DNA from: a virus
Taxonomy: Duplodnaviria > Caudoviricetes
IMG/VR virus record: IMGVR_UViG_3300044838_000031
Span: 197 to 64,196 of that record
Reading direction: 5' to 3' (one strand)
Length of the DNA: 64,000 nucleotides
Shown: positions 55,789-64,000 of the stretch, piece after piece
How the letters are laid out: every line of letters begins with the position of its first letter
How positions within the stretch are numbered: position 1 is the first letter of the stretch
Notes under the pieces: model-generated
Told to the model about the DNA's origin: nothing
Databases searched by the model: none
What the model saw: the letters and a program-made list of their open reading frames with translations, nothing else
Translations under genes and position numbers: made by a program

Positions 55789-56118
55789 TCAGAACCAGGG
55801 GCTGGCGGGCGTGGTCAACCCGGTCACCATCCGCGCGGCATCCGAGCAGCTCGAGCACGGCGCGGCGTCAGTGACGCCGAACGCGCCACACCCAGAACAC
55901 TTCTGCCCTAAATCCATGATGTAGCGGTCAGGTTTCGGCGGCGCAGCATTCGGAGGGTCACTGCTCAGCGGGTTATCGTCGCTGTCACCCACCTTCCATG
56001 GCAACCCCGCATCCGGCGGCGCCGGCGCAGCCCCGGTATACAGCTCCGTGTAGTAGCCGCCGGTCAGGGTTTTCTTGTAGCCTGGCATCGCCTTCGCCGC
56101 GTTCTCGCCGTTACTCAT
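55789..56118 (-). CDS. hypothetical protein with C-terminal zinc ribbon
   Basis: CSGC...CSSC; overlaps glycosyltransferase stop. Confidence 0.6.
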   Translation of the reverse strand: MSNGENAAKAMPGYKKTLTGGYYTELYTGAAPAPPDAGLPWKVGDSDDNPLSSDPPNAAPPKPDRYIMDLGQKCSGCGAFGVTDAAPCSSCSDAARMVTGLTTPASPWF

Positions 56119-57137
56119 AGAATGCTTTCGTATGCAATGGCCCAGTCTTTCCAGCCGGTTTGGATCGTGTGCTGCGACGCCACTTCTTTAGCCTTGCAAC
56201 CCATTTCGGTTCGCATGGCCTCATCGTTGACCAACTCGCGCAGCCGTTGCGCCCACTGCTCAGGGCGTCGCACCAGACAGCCGGTTACCCCATCAACAAT
56301 ATAATCAGCGTATGGGGTGACATCGCTTGCGACGCAAGGGATTCCGAGCGCACCGTACTCCATCACCTTAATGGCCGATTTGGCGTCGGTGAATATGCCG
56401 GGCCGCAAAGGTGCGATACCGATATCGAAGTCGATCAGCTTGTAGTAGTCGGCGGTGCGTTTCTCCCATGGGGTTACACGGGCCTCACAACGCATGATTC
56501 GGCGCATATCGGTACCGATAAGATGCGCCTCCACGGTTTTCGGGAACCAGGCCAGTACCCGCCGCAACCCGTACGCGCACTCTTGCATGTCCGCGAAATG
56601 GCTCGGACCACCCGTCCACCCGATAACCAGCTTGTCGCGGCGGGGACGCTCGAGCGCGAGCAAGGATTCGTCGATACGGTTCTTCAACACAACCACATTC
56701 GGATTCAACCGCCGCATCCGCTCAGCCAACGGTTCCACCGAACAGGTCACCAAATCCGCTGTCCGAATACAGAACTCGAAGGAATCCCGCGAGTTCGCCG
56801 CATTGTAGTCCATATGCGCCGGGTTCGAATGCTCTATCTCAAAAGGGTCATCATCCAACTCATAAACCCGGCGGCACGTCATCGCCATACGACGCCACCA
56901 CCGATGCACATCCGGCGCCTCCCGATGATGCACCGTCCCCGCCATATGGGCCACAACAACATCCGCCCCCCCCGCGGAGACATTCGTCAACGCCGGCTCA
57001 CAACTCGTGACGTGCCCGTGCCGGCCCAACTCCTCGAGCGGCATCCGAATGCGATACCAGCCGCCGCCCTCTGGAATGTTCCAGAGGCCCTTAACTTTCA
57101 GGGTTCGCGTCCTTCCAACCCGGCGCGTCCTCATCAT
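56115..57137 (-). CDS. glycosyltransferase (GT-B fold)
   Basis: YRIRMP, YELDD, IGWTGGPSH, DIGIAPL...KSAIKVMEYGALGIPCVASD; true start may be slightly downstream. Confidence 0.88.
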   Translation of the reverse strand: MMRTRRVGRTRTLKVKGLWNIPEGGGWYRIRMPLEELGRHGHVTSCEPALTNVSAGGADVVVAHMAGTVHHREAPDVHRWWRRMAMTCRRVYELDDDPFEIEHSNPAHMDYNAANSRDSFEFCIRTADLVTCSVEPLAERMRRLNPNVVVLKNRIDESLLALERPRRDKLVIGWTGGPSHFADMQECAYGLRRVLAWFPKTVEAHLIGTDMRRIMRCEARVTPWEKRTADYYKLIDFDIGIAPLRPGIFTDAKSAIKVMEYGALGIPCVASDVTPYADYIVDGVTGCLVRRPEQWAQRLRELVNDEAMRTEMGCKAKEVASQHTIQTGWKDWAIAYESIL

Positions 57138-57375
57138 GCCAGTCAGGATCTTTCTTCGGGCGCCCGCGCCGCGGTTTCACCACCGCCGCCTCCACCTTCT
57201 CATCGACGACCGCATGCTCCTCAACATCTTTGACCAGTTCAGCAAGACCGCTTTTGATGTAGCGGGCAGCGTTAGCATCGTCGACATCGACGACCTGGCC
57301 GACCTCCACACCACCCTCAATATGGTGGAAAGTCCCAGTCACAGGTTGACGAAGCTTGATGAGGGTCATGATCAC
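57091..57375 (-). CDS. small protein typical of the post-capsid position
   Basis: GQVVDVDDANAARYIKSGLAELV plus RRGRPKK. Confidence 0.65.
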   Translation of the reverse strand: MIMTLIKLRQPVTGTFHHIEGGVEVGQVVDVDDANAARYIKSGLAELVKDVEEHAVVDEKVEAAVVKPRRGRPKKDPDWHDEDAPGWKDANPES

Positions 57376-58310
57376 CTTTCTTTCTGGGACTGCAGATATC
57401 GAACCAACCCCAGCGCCCGTTCCTGCGAATCCAACAGCAAACCAAGAGCCCTATTGCAATTCCCGCACAGCAGCCCACGCACCGCGCCAGTCGCATGGTC
57501 GTGGTCGACATGTGGAACCTTGTCACCGAACTCGTCGCCGCAGCCAGCACACCTACCGCCTTGCGCTTCAAACAGCCGGTCGTAGTCCTCCGGGGTAAAC
57601 CCGTTGTAGAGACGTCTCCTCTGACGATTCCGCGCCAGAACCTTGACCTTCTCCGAATTGTTTGCAGCCCATATCTTTGTCTTCTCGATCACGATCTCGC
57701 GGTTCCGCACGTAGTAATCCCGATGACTATCTTTTTGACACGATTTGCAACGAGACTGAAAACCGCTCTTGTTCGCTCGGTGGTGACTGAACTGCCCGAT
57801 GGGCTTGATAACTTCACAGACAGTGCAGCGCTTCTCACGAATGGTCGGATCGGGATCATAGCTAAGAGCACGTCCATGTTCGCGATGGCATGACTTGCAC
57901 CACGCCGCAAGACCACTCTTATCCAGCCTATTTGGACTGAACTGATCGGCAGTCTTAACGAGTTTGCATCTGGTGCAACACTTCTCGGAAACCGACACAT
58001 CGTAGCTCAACCCAGATCGATACTCGCTGACGCAGGCTTTACACTGACCCGATAACCCGTCAGTAGCTAGTCTGTTTCGCTTAAACTGATCAGCGGGCTT
58101 AGTCAACTTACATGCGCTGCAACGCTTTTCGTCAGGAACATCGATAACGCTGCGCTGCCGGTTTCGTTCGCAGCGAGCGCGCTGCGCGGCCCTGTCGCAC
58201 TCTCGACATATGCGCGCCAAGCCGTCTTCCCTGGACCGGCACCAGTTGAACTGGTCCACAGACTTCGTCTGCTTACATTTACCGCAACGCTTCAGCGTAG
58301 TATCAGTCAC
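57372..58310 (-). CDS. endonuclease VII-family nuclease with four zinc-finger repeats
   Basis: 4x K.C..C...K...QF...CxxC; QGGRCAGC...VDHDHATGAVRGLLCGNCNRALG; AGGAGG RBS. Confidence 0.9.
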   Translation of the reverse strand: MTDTTLKRCGKCKQTKSVDQFNWCRSREDGLARICRECDRAAQRARCERNRQRSVIDVPDEKRCSACKLTKPADQFKRNRLATDGLSGQCKACVSEYRSGLSYDVSVSEKCCTRCKLVKTADQFSPNRLDKSGLAAWCKSCHREHGRALSYDPDPTIREKRCTVCEVIKPIGQFSHHRANKSGFQSRCKSCQKDSHRDYYVRNREIVIEKTKIWAANNSEKVKVLARNRQRRRLYNGFTPEDYDRLFEAQGGRCAGCGDEFGDKVPHVDHDHATGAVRGLLCGNCNRALGLLLDSQERALGLVRYLQSQKER

Positions 58311-58339
58311 GTCGAACCTCCTACATAGGTTTGGCCACA

Positions 58340-58372
58340 CCCGGGCCTGCTTGCGGCAGGCGCCGGGCTTTT
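58340..58372 (+). terminator. stem-loop with U-run between capsid and EndoVII genes
   Basis: CCCGG-GCCTGC/GCAGGC-CCGGG followed by CTTTT. Confidence 0.4.
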
Positions 58373-58490
58373 GATGCCTTCAGCTTACATGATACTCCAC
58401 TTAGTAGCAGAACATGATCTTGGGTCCGAGACTAGCAAACTACAACCCTTGGTCACATTTGTTTACTGGATAGACTGCGAACACGCCGAA

Positions 58491-59792
58491 TTATGTTGCA
58501 GGCGTTGCATATAGCTTGATTGCGTTGGTGTCCACGAGTACGCCATCAGTCCGCATCAGTGCCCTGAAGGCAATGGCATCTGAGCCGAATAAGTATTCGT
58601 CCGATCTTTCGAATCTCAATGGGCTAACATCTCGGATATAATAGGCGCTGAAATCTCCGAAGGCGATGACGCCGTTCACGCTGACACCGAATGTTGGGAA
58701 CGCCGGATTGGCGTACACCGGTTTGCCCATGATGGTGTCGGGGACTCCAGCTTGTAGTGATGGTTCCCAGATGAACCGTCCTAGGGTGTCTGTGACTTGG
58801 CGTAGCACTTTGATGGTGGAGTCGTTCATCATCCATGCGGCTCGCGGACGGTACTGCGGGATGATGCTGTGATACAGCGACACAATGACGCCGAAGCCGC
58901 CGCCTGCCCCGGTGGGGAGTCCGGCGGTGCCGCCTTGCCCGGCGGTACCGGTGAATGCGGTGGTCGCCGTACTGAAGAGCCCGAGTGGTTGGGTGGTGCC
59001 GGTACCGGACACGTAGGCAGCGTTGGATGCGATGCCGATGTTACGGCCGGATGATTGCGCCAAATATCCGATCAGGTCGAATCCGACGTCGGTGGCCAGT
59101 TCTTTGGACACCTGGATCAGCTTGCCGAGCTTGTGGGCATTCAGCGTGACACTCGACAGGGTTGGGTCGCCCGTCGGTAGCGCCGCAGCTTCAGCCACCC
59201 ACGCCGCAGCACCTTCAGCGGTTGCCCGAGGCACCATAATCGATTCACCGGTTTGGGTGGAGATGACGGTGGCGCCGGCCTGCCGAATCGAGCTGGTGTC
59301 GACCAGATAGGTGTAAAGCTGGTGGATGAAGCTGGTGGGCATCGGAACACCCGCCACCGCCAGGGCCCGCGACTCGTAGGCTCCCGGGTTGGTGATCATC
59401 CTGCGCTCGAACGTTGATGGCCACACGAAGTCCAGGCCCTCGCCCTTCGCCTTGTGGACGAGCTTGCGGAATTCCTCGGTCTCCTGCTCATACGACATGG
59501 CCGGGGAGGCGCCCGCAGCGGCGCCGGGGTCGATACCGGGTGCCGCTGGCTGTCCCAAGATCGCCGACGTGGTTTCCTTAAACGCTGCCGCGCGCTCTTC
59601 GCCAGACTTAATGGTCTGCACCGTTGTATCGATGCGGACGCATTCCGCATCCCACTCATCGAATTGACGCTTTTCCTCGCCCGTCATATCGCGCTTCTCT
59701 TCGAACGCTAACGCGGTGACAGCTTTGGCATGCTCCCAGCAGGACGCACGCTGTTCCATCATCCTGTCCAGAAGTGCTGCTTGTTCGCTCAT
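58491..59792 (-). CDS. major capsid protein (HK97 fold)
   Basis: N-terminal delta-like coiled coil, AWVAEAA, VSKELATD, GDFSAY, RALMRTDG. Confidence 0.93.
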   Translation of the reverse strand: MSEQAALLDRMMEQRASCWEHAKAVTALAFEEKRDMTGEEKRQFDEWDAECVRIDTTVQTIKSGEERAAAFKETTSAILGQPAAPGIDPGAAAGASPAMSYEQETEEFRKLVHKAKGEGLDFVWPSTFERRMITNPGAYESRALAVAGVPMPTSFIHQLYTYLVDTSSIRQAGATVISTQTGESIMVPRATAEGAAAWVAEAAALPTGDPTLSSVTLNAHKLGKLIQVSKELATDVGFDLIGYLAQSSGRNIGIASNAAYVSGTGTTQPLGLFSTATTAFTGTAGQGGTAGLPTGAGGGFGVIVSLYHSIIPQYRPRAAWMMNDSTIKVLRQVTDTLGRFIWEPSLQAGVPDTIMGKPVYANPAFPTFGVSVNGVIAFGDFSAYYIRDVSPLRFERSDEYLFGSDAIAFRALMRTDGVLVDTNAIKLYATPAT

Positions 59793-60733
59793 GGCCGAAC
59801 TCCTTCTTTCAGTGTTTCTTCGGCCATTGGCCGTGGGTGAACATTTATGGGGCATGCAAGTTCGAGGACGCGGAGTCTGGCAAGCGCCGTAGCCACCGGA
59901 ATGCCGTCCGGTTCAACATCCAGCTCGAGCTGCTGACCCGCCTCGGCCGGTTCGGCCGGGGGCGCATCAGGTGGCCCGGCGGGCGGCATATCGGGGGGAA
60001 CCAGCGGTGCCGCGTCGGTGCGCACAAAAAATCGGCGTAGCTCATATTGAGCGGCCGCCGCGGCAACATCGTCCTCTGGGACATCCAGAAAGGCCGCCAA
60101 GCTTCGCAGCGCGACATTGGCGTTCGGGTAGGCAGCAAGCGCGCTCACCGGGGCGACATCAACGAGCGTGCCCCGGACCAGGGTGCGCTGTGTCACGCCG
60201 TCCGTGTAGACCCAGTCGTCGCCGCCTTGGTCTGGCAGCCCGAAAGTGAAGCTAGAAGCCGCGATGTCGCGGCGCTCCACCCCTTCAAGCACATCCTCAC
60301 GGGAGCGCGGCACGTCCACCGTGTAATCCAGCCCGCGGCCATCTAATCGGAGTTGCAGGGTGCCGGATTGGCTGCTGCCAAGCAGGAACTCGTCTTTGTG
60401 GTTGTAGCGGCAGACGACGCCGTTGTCGCTGGGCCCGGGCCAATGAGCGGCGGCGTCGTGGTCAAAGAAGCCGGGCAGCACCCGCTCGGTGAATGGGCCT
60501 TGCCTGCCGGGGATGAGCCGCGACGGGCTGTTGAACACTGCCGCAAGGCCACCAATTAGCCTGCGGGGGGTTCCGTCTTCGCCTGCGGCGCTGCGCAACT
60601 CGACGGTGAGGTAGGTGATGCGCCGCTCAGTGTTATCGGAGGGCTTCGGGTCGGCCCGTGTTTTGCCCACGGCTATGTACATCCCATGCTCCTGATCCCA
60701 TTCCAATGGGGGGCGGTCATCAACCATGTTCAT
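59789..60733 (-). CDS. HK97-type prohead protease
   Basis: GLAAVFNS, FTERVLPG, YNH, SSFTF, DVAPV..AYP. Confidence 0.9.
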   Translation of the reverse strand: MNMVDDRPPLEWDQEHGMYIAVGKTRADPKPSDNTERRITYLTVELRSAAGEDGTPRRLIGGLAAVFNSPSRLIPGRQGPFTERVLPGFFDHDAAAHWPGPSDNGVVCRYNHKDEFLLGSSQSGTLQLRLDGRGLDYTVDVPRSREDVLEGVERRDIAASSFTFGLPDQGGDDWVYTDGVTQRTLVRGTLVDVAPVSALAAYPNANVALRSLAAFLDVPEDDVAAAAAQYELRRFFVRTDAAPLVPPDMPPAGPPDAPPAEPAEAGQQLELDVEPDGIPVATALARLRVLELACPINVHPRPMAEETLKEGVRP

Positions 60734-62085
60734 GTTCCTTTCGTCGCCGTAGCGGGCGCGTGCCCATTCGAGCCGTTGACGCGGCCGCGCATCATGCCGT
60801 TGACAGCGGCGGTGGCCGCCGACGACGCGCCCGGCGGCGCTGTCTTCGTGTTACCCGGCGTCGGCTGCGCACCAGACTCCTTTTTCGGTGCCGGGCCGCC
60901 GGCAGGCGCAGCTGGCGGCGCCATGGCCGCTGTCCATTGCGTGGGCACCTTGCCCGGTTTCAGGTTCCGGCCCGCCCGCACCTCGTCACGGTCCAGCCAG
61001 CCCGTGTTTTGGAAGCCCAAACTAATGTTGTCAATCTCCGCGCGAGTCTTCGCATCGATGCGGATGAATTCATCGTTCTCAAAACGCACAAATTGTCCCC
61101 GAGGAAAGCACGTAGAAAAGGCGTATTCGAACCGAGTTAGCCAAGGCCGGAACGAAAACTGCAACACATCAATCGATTCCTGCTCGACAGTGGAATATGT
61201 CAAGCTGTCGCCAATGGTGCCCCCAATTTTGTGCGGGGGCACTCCGTAAATCACCGCTATCTGGGAGGCGACCATCGACGACGTCTCGATGAAGCGGGCT
61301 TCCATCGCCGAAATCTGGATGGGGTTGTACTCCCAGTCCATGCCATACACCAGCGGCTCGCCGCGGCGTATGCGCCGCGCCTGGCGAGCCGCGATTTCAT
61401 CGGCATCGTCGGGTAATACCTTCTGCTGGGTGTTGCGGTAGGTGCCCGGCGGTACGCCGCCGTTGCGATACCAACCTTCCGCCATGTGCTCCGCACCTAA
61501 ACCCACGTTCATGGTGGCCGCGTACGCCATCATCGGGGTAAGACCGCGCACCCGCCACGGCATACAAAACCAAGGGATGTGCAGCAGATCGGCTGGGTCC
61601 ATCGGGCGCCCCCACCAATACCAGCGCGGATCCACATAGGAGCCGGGGCCCTCGATGGCCCGGTCCAACGTTTGGACGTTGATCGGGTTCAGCCACTCAA
61701 TCATGGTGGGGAAGCCGTAATAGTCGCGTTGGGTGATCAAGCCGATGCCGTCGCCGCGCAGACACATGCTGATGACCGCTTTGTGCAGCCAATCAAACAG
61801 GGTGCCGTGAATGGACGGGTTCGCGAACAGGCTGGGGGTGGGTTGGCGCTCCGCGATATCGTCGGCGCCGAGTTTGTACAGGCCCAGGCCGGGTGCCATG
61901 GCGGCAATGTTGTCTGCCAGGAACCGGATAGCGCCGAACACTGGGACCAGGCGCAGCGCCCGCTCCTCGCCGCCGCCCTCCCACGGTGCCGGACCGCCCG
62001 CACCCCACTGCTGCGTCGGGTTCCCCCACGGCACACTGTCGAGTGAGCGCCGCTCCTCAGAGCCACGCTTACTGAAGGGCCACAT
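60730..62085 (-). CDS. portal protein (HK97 family)
   Basis: VFGAIRFLA, LLHIP, GLTP, YRNGGVP, IAVIYGVPPHKIG. Confidence 0.93.
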   Translation of the reverse strand: MWPFSKRGSEERRSLDSVPWGNPTQQWGAGGPAPWEGGGEERALRLVPVFGAIRFLADNIAAMAPGLGLYKLGADDIAERQPTPSLFANPSIHGTLFDWLHKAVISMCLRGDGIGLITQRDYYGFPTMIEWLNPINVQTLDRAIEGPGSYVDPRWYWWGRPMDPADLLHIPWFCMPWRVRGLTPMMAYAATMNVGLGAEHMAEGWYRNGGVPPGTYRNTQQKVLPDDADEIAARQARRIRRGEPLVYGMDWEYNPIQISAMEARFIETSSMVASQIAVIYGVPPHKIGGTIGDSLTYSTVEQESIDVLQFSFRPWLTRFEYAFSTCFPRGQFVRFENDEFIRIDAKTRAEIDNISLGFQNTGWLDRDEVRAGRNLKPGKVPTQWTAAMAPPAAPAGGPAPKKESGAQPTPGNTKTAPPGASSAATAAVNGMMRGRVNGSNGHAPATATKGT

Positions 62086-63524
62086 CAGAGAATCGACGCC
62101 AGCACGTCGTAGGGAATATCAGCCAAAACACGCCACCGGTGATATGCCGCCGCCGCGCCTATCAGCGCAGACCCGGTGCCTTCTTCCCACGTCTCCGACG
62201 GACCCACCCTGCGGGTCTTCGCCTTAGCGACCGCACCATCAAGCTCATGGTGATACGTGTAACGAAGAGTCGGCCGCTCCTTCCGGGCCACCGCTGCGGC
62301 TGACTCGGTGACCGCCGCCTGAAACGCCGTACACGACGCCGCGATATCGGTCCCGGCGAGCTTCTTGAACTCGACACCAGCCGACGCCAACTCACCCTCC
62401 AAGCCGCGCGCCTCACCCGGGCACAACGCCACCTCGACGACATCATGCTTGGCTACCAGTGCGATCACCTTCTGCGTCACCCACTCCATTCCGTCACCGC
62501 AATCCACCAGCACCACCACACCACCATCGGCGGCGACACCAGCTACCGCGATTGCCGCCGTCTTGCGGTACTCACCGACATGCGCCACCAACGCGACCCG
62601 CCCCCCCGGTGCAACGTCGGCCACCAAGTCCAGCCACCCCACCAAATCGAACACCGTGCGAATGTTGCCGGGCCAAATCCCCAACCCCTCACGGCGGAAA
62701 CCATCCGGCCCCAACCGTTTCCGCAACCGCAAAATCGACTCCGCAGACGTGTGTTCCGGATACGACGGATTCGCCTTCGCCCACTGCTCCCGATCATCCA
62801 AATCAGCATCATCATCGGCGCCGCACTCCACCCACGCGGAGTCGAACTCCTGCCCCTCCTCCAGCGCCAAAGCCTCGGCCCGCATCTCCTCAAACGCCTC
62901 ACACGGATCACCCTGCTTCGGCGGAGTGCCCAAATAGACGTGCAAACCGAACGGGGAGCGGTTCATCGCCGCCAGCATGTTCTCCAACGCCTTCATGGAC
63001 AGGATTTGCGCCTCATCGAACACCTCAACGTCGACATTCGGGATACCGCGGCCAAACCCACGCTCCCGGGCACCGAACAAAATCCGCGACCCGTTCACGA
63101 ACCGCACCTCTTCATCACCAGACCCGGTGAACACATCGGCGATGAACTGCTCCACCCGCGGCTGCCGACAAAACGCCTGCATATACAGGAAGGTTTCGGC
63201 GTGCGTGCGGGAATGGTGCGCCGTCCACAACGACAACAAACCCGGTTTCTCAATGGACAACGTGAACAACGCCGCCGTCATGTAGTACGTCTTCCCAGAC
63301 TGACGGGCGAACGATGCGGCGAAGCCACCCACCGTGCAGGCCAATCGCCCGTCCGCACGTTTCGACAGCATGATCTGACCGCAGCCGTCCTGCCAGCCAT
63401 CGAACCGCACACCCAGCTTGCGATGAGCCGACAACCGAATCTTCGGCCACTCCGTCGACACAATCCCCGTCGGCATCACCAAATGCTTCGTCACCGCCGA
63501 CAACGGGCGACCATGCGGCTCCAT
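62085..63524 (-). CDS. terminase large subunit
   Basis: ARQSGKT Walker A, FDEAQ Walker B, GTPP coupling motif, WAKANPS, FRREGLG. Confidence 0.93.
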   Translation of the reverse strand: MEPHGRPLSAVTKHLVMPTGIVSTEWPKIRLSAHRKLGVRFDGWQDGCGQIMLSKRADGRLACTVGGFAASFARQSGKTYYMTAALFTLSIEKPGLLSLWTAHHSRTHAETFLYMQAFCRQPRVEQFIADVFTGSGDEEVRFVNGSRILFGARERGFGRGIPNVDVEVFDEAQILSMKALENMLAAMNRSPFGLHVYLGTPPKQGDPCEAFEEMRAEALALEEGQEFDSAWVECGADDDADLDDREQWAKANPSYPEHTSAESILRLRKRLGPDGFRREGLGIWPGNIRTVFDLVGWLDLVADVAPGGRVALVAHVGEYRKTAAIAVAGVAADGGVVVLVDCGDGMEWVTQKVIALVAKHDVVEVALCPGEARGLEGELASAGVEFKKLAGTDIAASCTAFQAAVTESAAAVARKERPTLRYTYHHELDGAVAKAKTRRVGPSETWEEGTGSALIGAAAAYHRWRVLADIPYDVLASIL

Positions 63525-63527
63525 CAG

Positions 63528-63863
63528 CTAGACAGTGGAGGCGTCCCAGACACCATCGCGATCCTCATCGCCGACCTCATCAGCGTTCTGCACGTCGTCG
63601 GCGCGGGCATCGATAGCCCGAATCTTGGTGTCCAACTGCTGGAATGTCCGCGCAATCCTGTCGAACACGTGCGCCGGCACGTCATCCTGGTCTAACTTCA
63701 CGGCAGCCATATGCCGCAAAATCACCAGCATCTCACGCTCAGTCGAACCCGAAGTGACAGCACTCAGAAGCGTCCTAGGACGCCTGCGCGTAGTGGCAGT
63801 TCGCGCACGTACGCGAGTCGCCGCCGTCTCGACGGCCCGCAATTTCCGTGCATCGCCAGCCAT
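63528..63863 (-). CDS. terminase small subunit
   Basis: 111 aa helical protein directly upstream of the large subunit; ends WDASTV. Confidence 0.75.
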   Translation of the reverse strand: MAGDARKLRAVETAATRVRARTATTRRRPRTLLSAVTSGSTEREMLVILRHMAAVKLDQDDVPAHVFDRIARTFQQLDTKIRAIDARADDVQNADEVGDEDRDGVWDASTV

Positions 63864-64000
63864 CTGTCACCAACTCCAAAACTGTTGTGTAATAACGATT
63901 TTCAAATCTATGGGGGTATATCCACCTGCATACGCGGAAACTGCGTTTTTGGATTTTCTGTTTTTACCACGGTGTATAAAACAAATTTGCCCGGCTCGGG

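Noticed and set aside
56160-57233. 357-aa plus-strand ORF
   Set aside because: Antisense shadow of the glycosyltransferase.
62445-63695. 416-aa plus-strand ORF
   Set aside because: Antisense shadow of the terminase genes, typical of high-GC DNA.
63997-64000. Terminal repeat with the window start (CGGG)
   Set aside because: Only 4 bp; gene order suggests near-completeness, but ends or a cos site cannot be defined.
1-64000. Integrated prophage with host flanks
   Set aside because: No host genes seen, and the attP/repressor gene is in its intact, unintegrated form.

Overview
The window is a complete or nearly complete temperate actinobacteriophage genome (mycobacteriophage-like siphovirus, GC-rich), with no recognisable host chromosomal genes. 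Minus strand, from the right end: terminase, portal, protease and HK97 capsid; an inserted EndoVII nuclease, glycosyltransferase and fibre/depolymerase module; head-tail and tail genes; a long fragmented lysis region. A plus-strand block (14.3-21.8 kb) holds the repressor, many small ORFs and an arm-less tyrosine integrase. The minus-strand early arm has Cro/Xis, a Cas4-like exonuclease, SSB, primase-polymerase, a likely origin, a resolvase and HNH nucleases. Main finding: the repressor gene contains a tRNA-Asn-like attP core (CAAC-N6-GTCA), as in integration-dependent immunity phages. About 5 kb of small genes lie between repressor and integrase, punctuated at gene boundaries by about 10 copies of that core motif (TAAC-N6-8-GTTA) with mix-and-match arms. 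This looks like an integron-like cassette array built by the phage's own integrase. All calls come from reading motifs by eye; no database searches were run.
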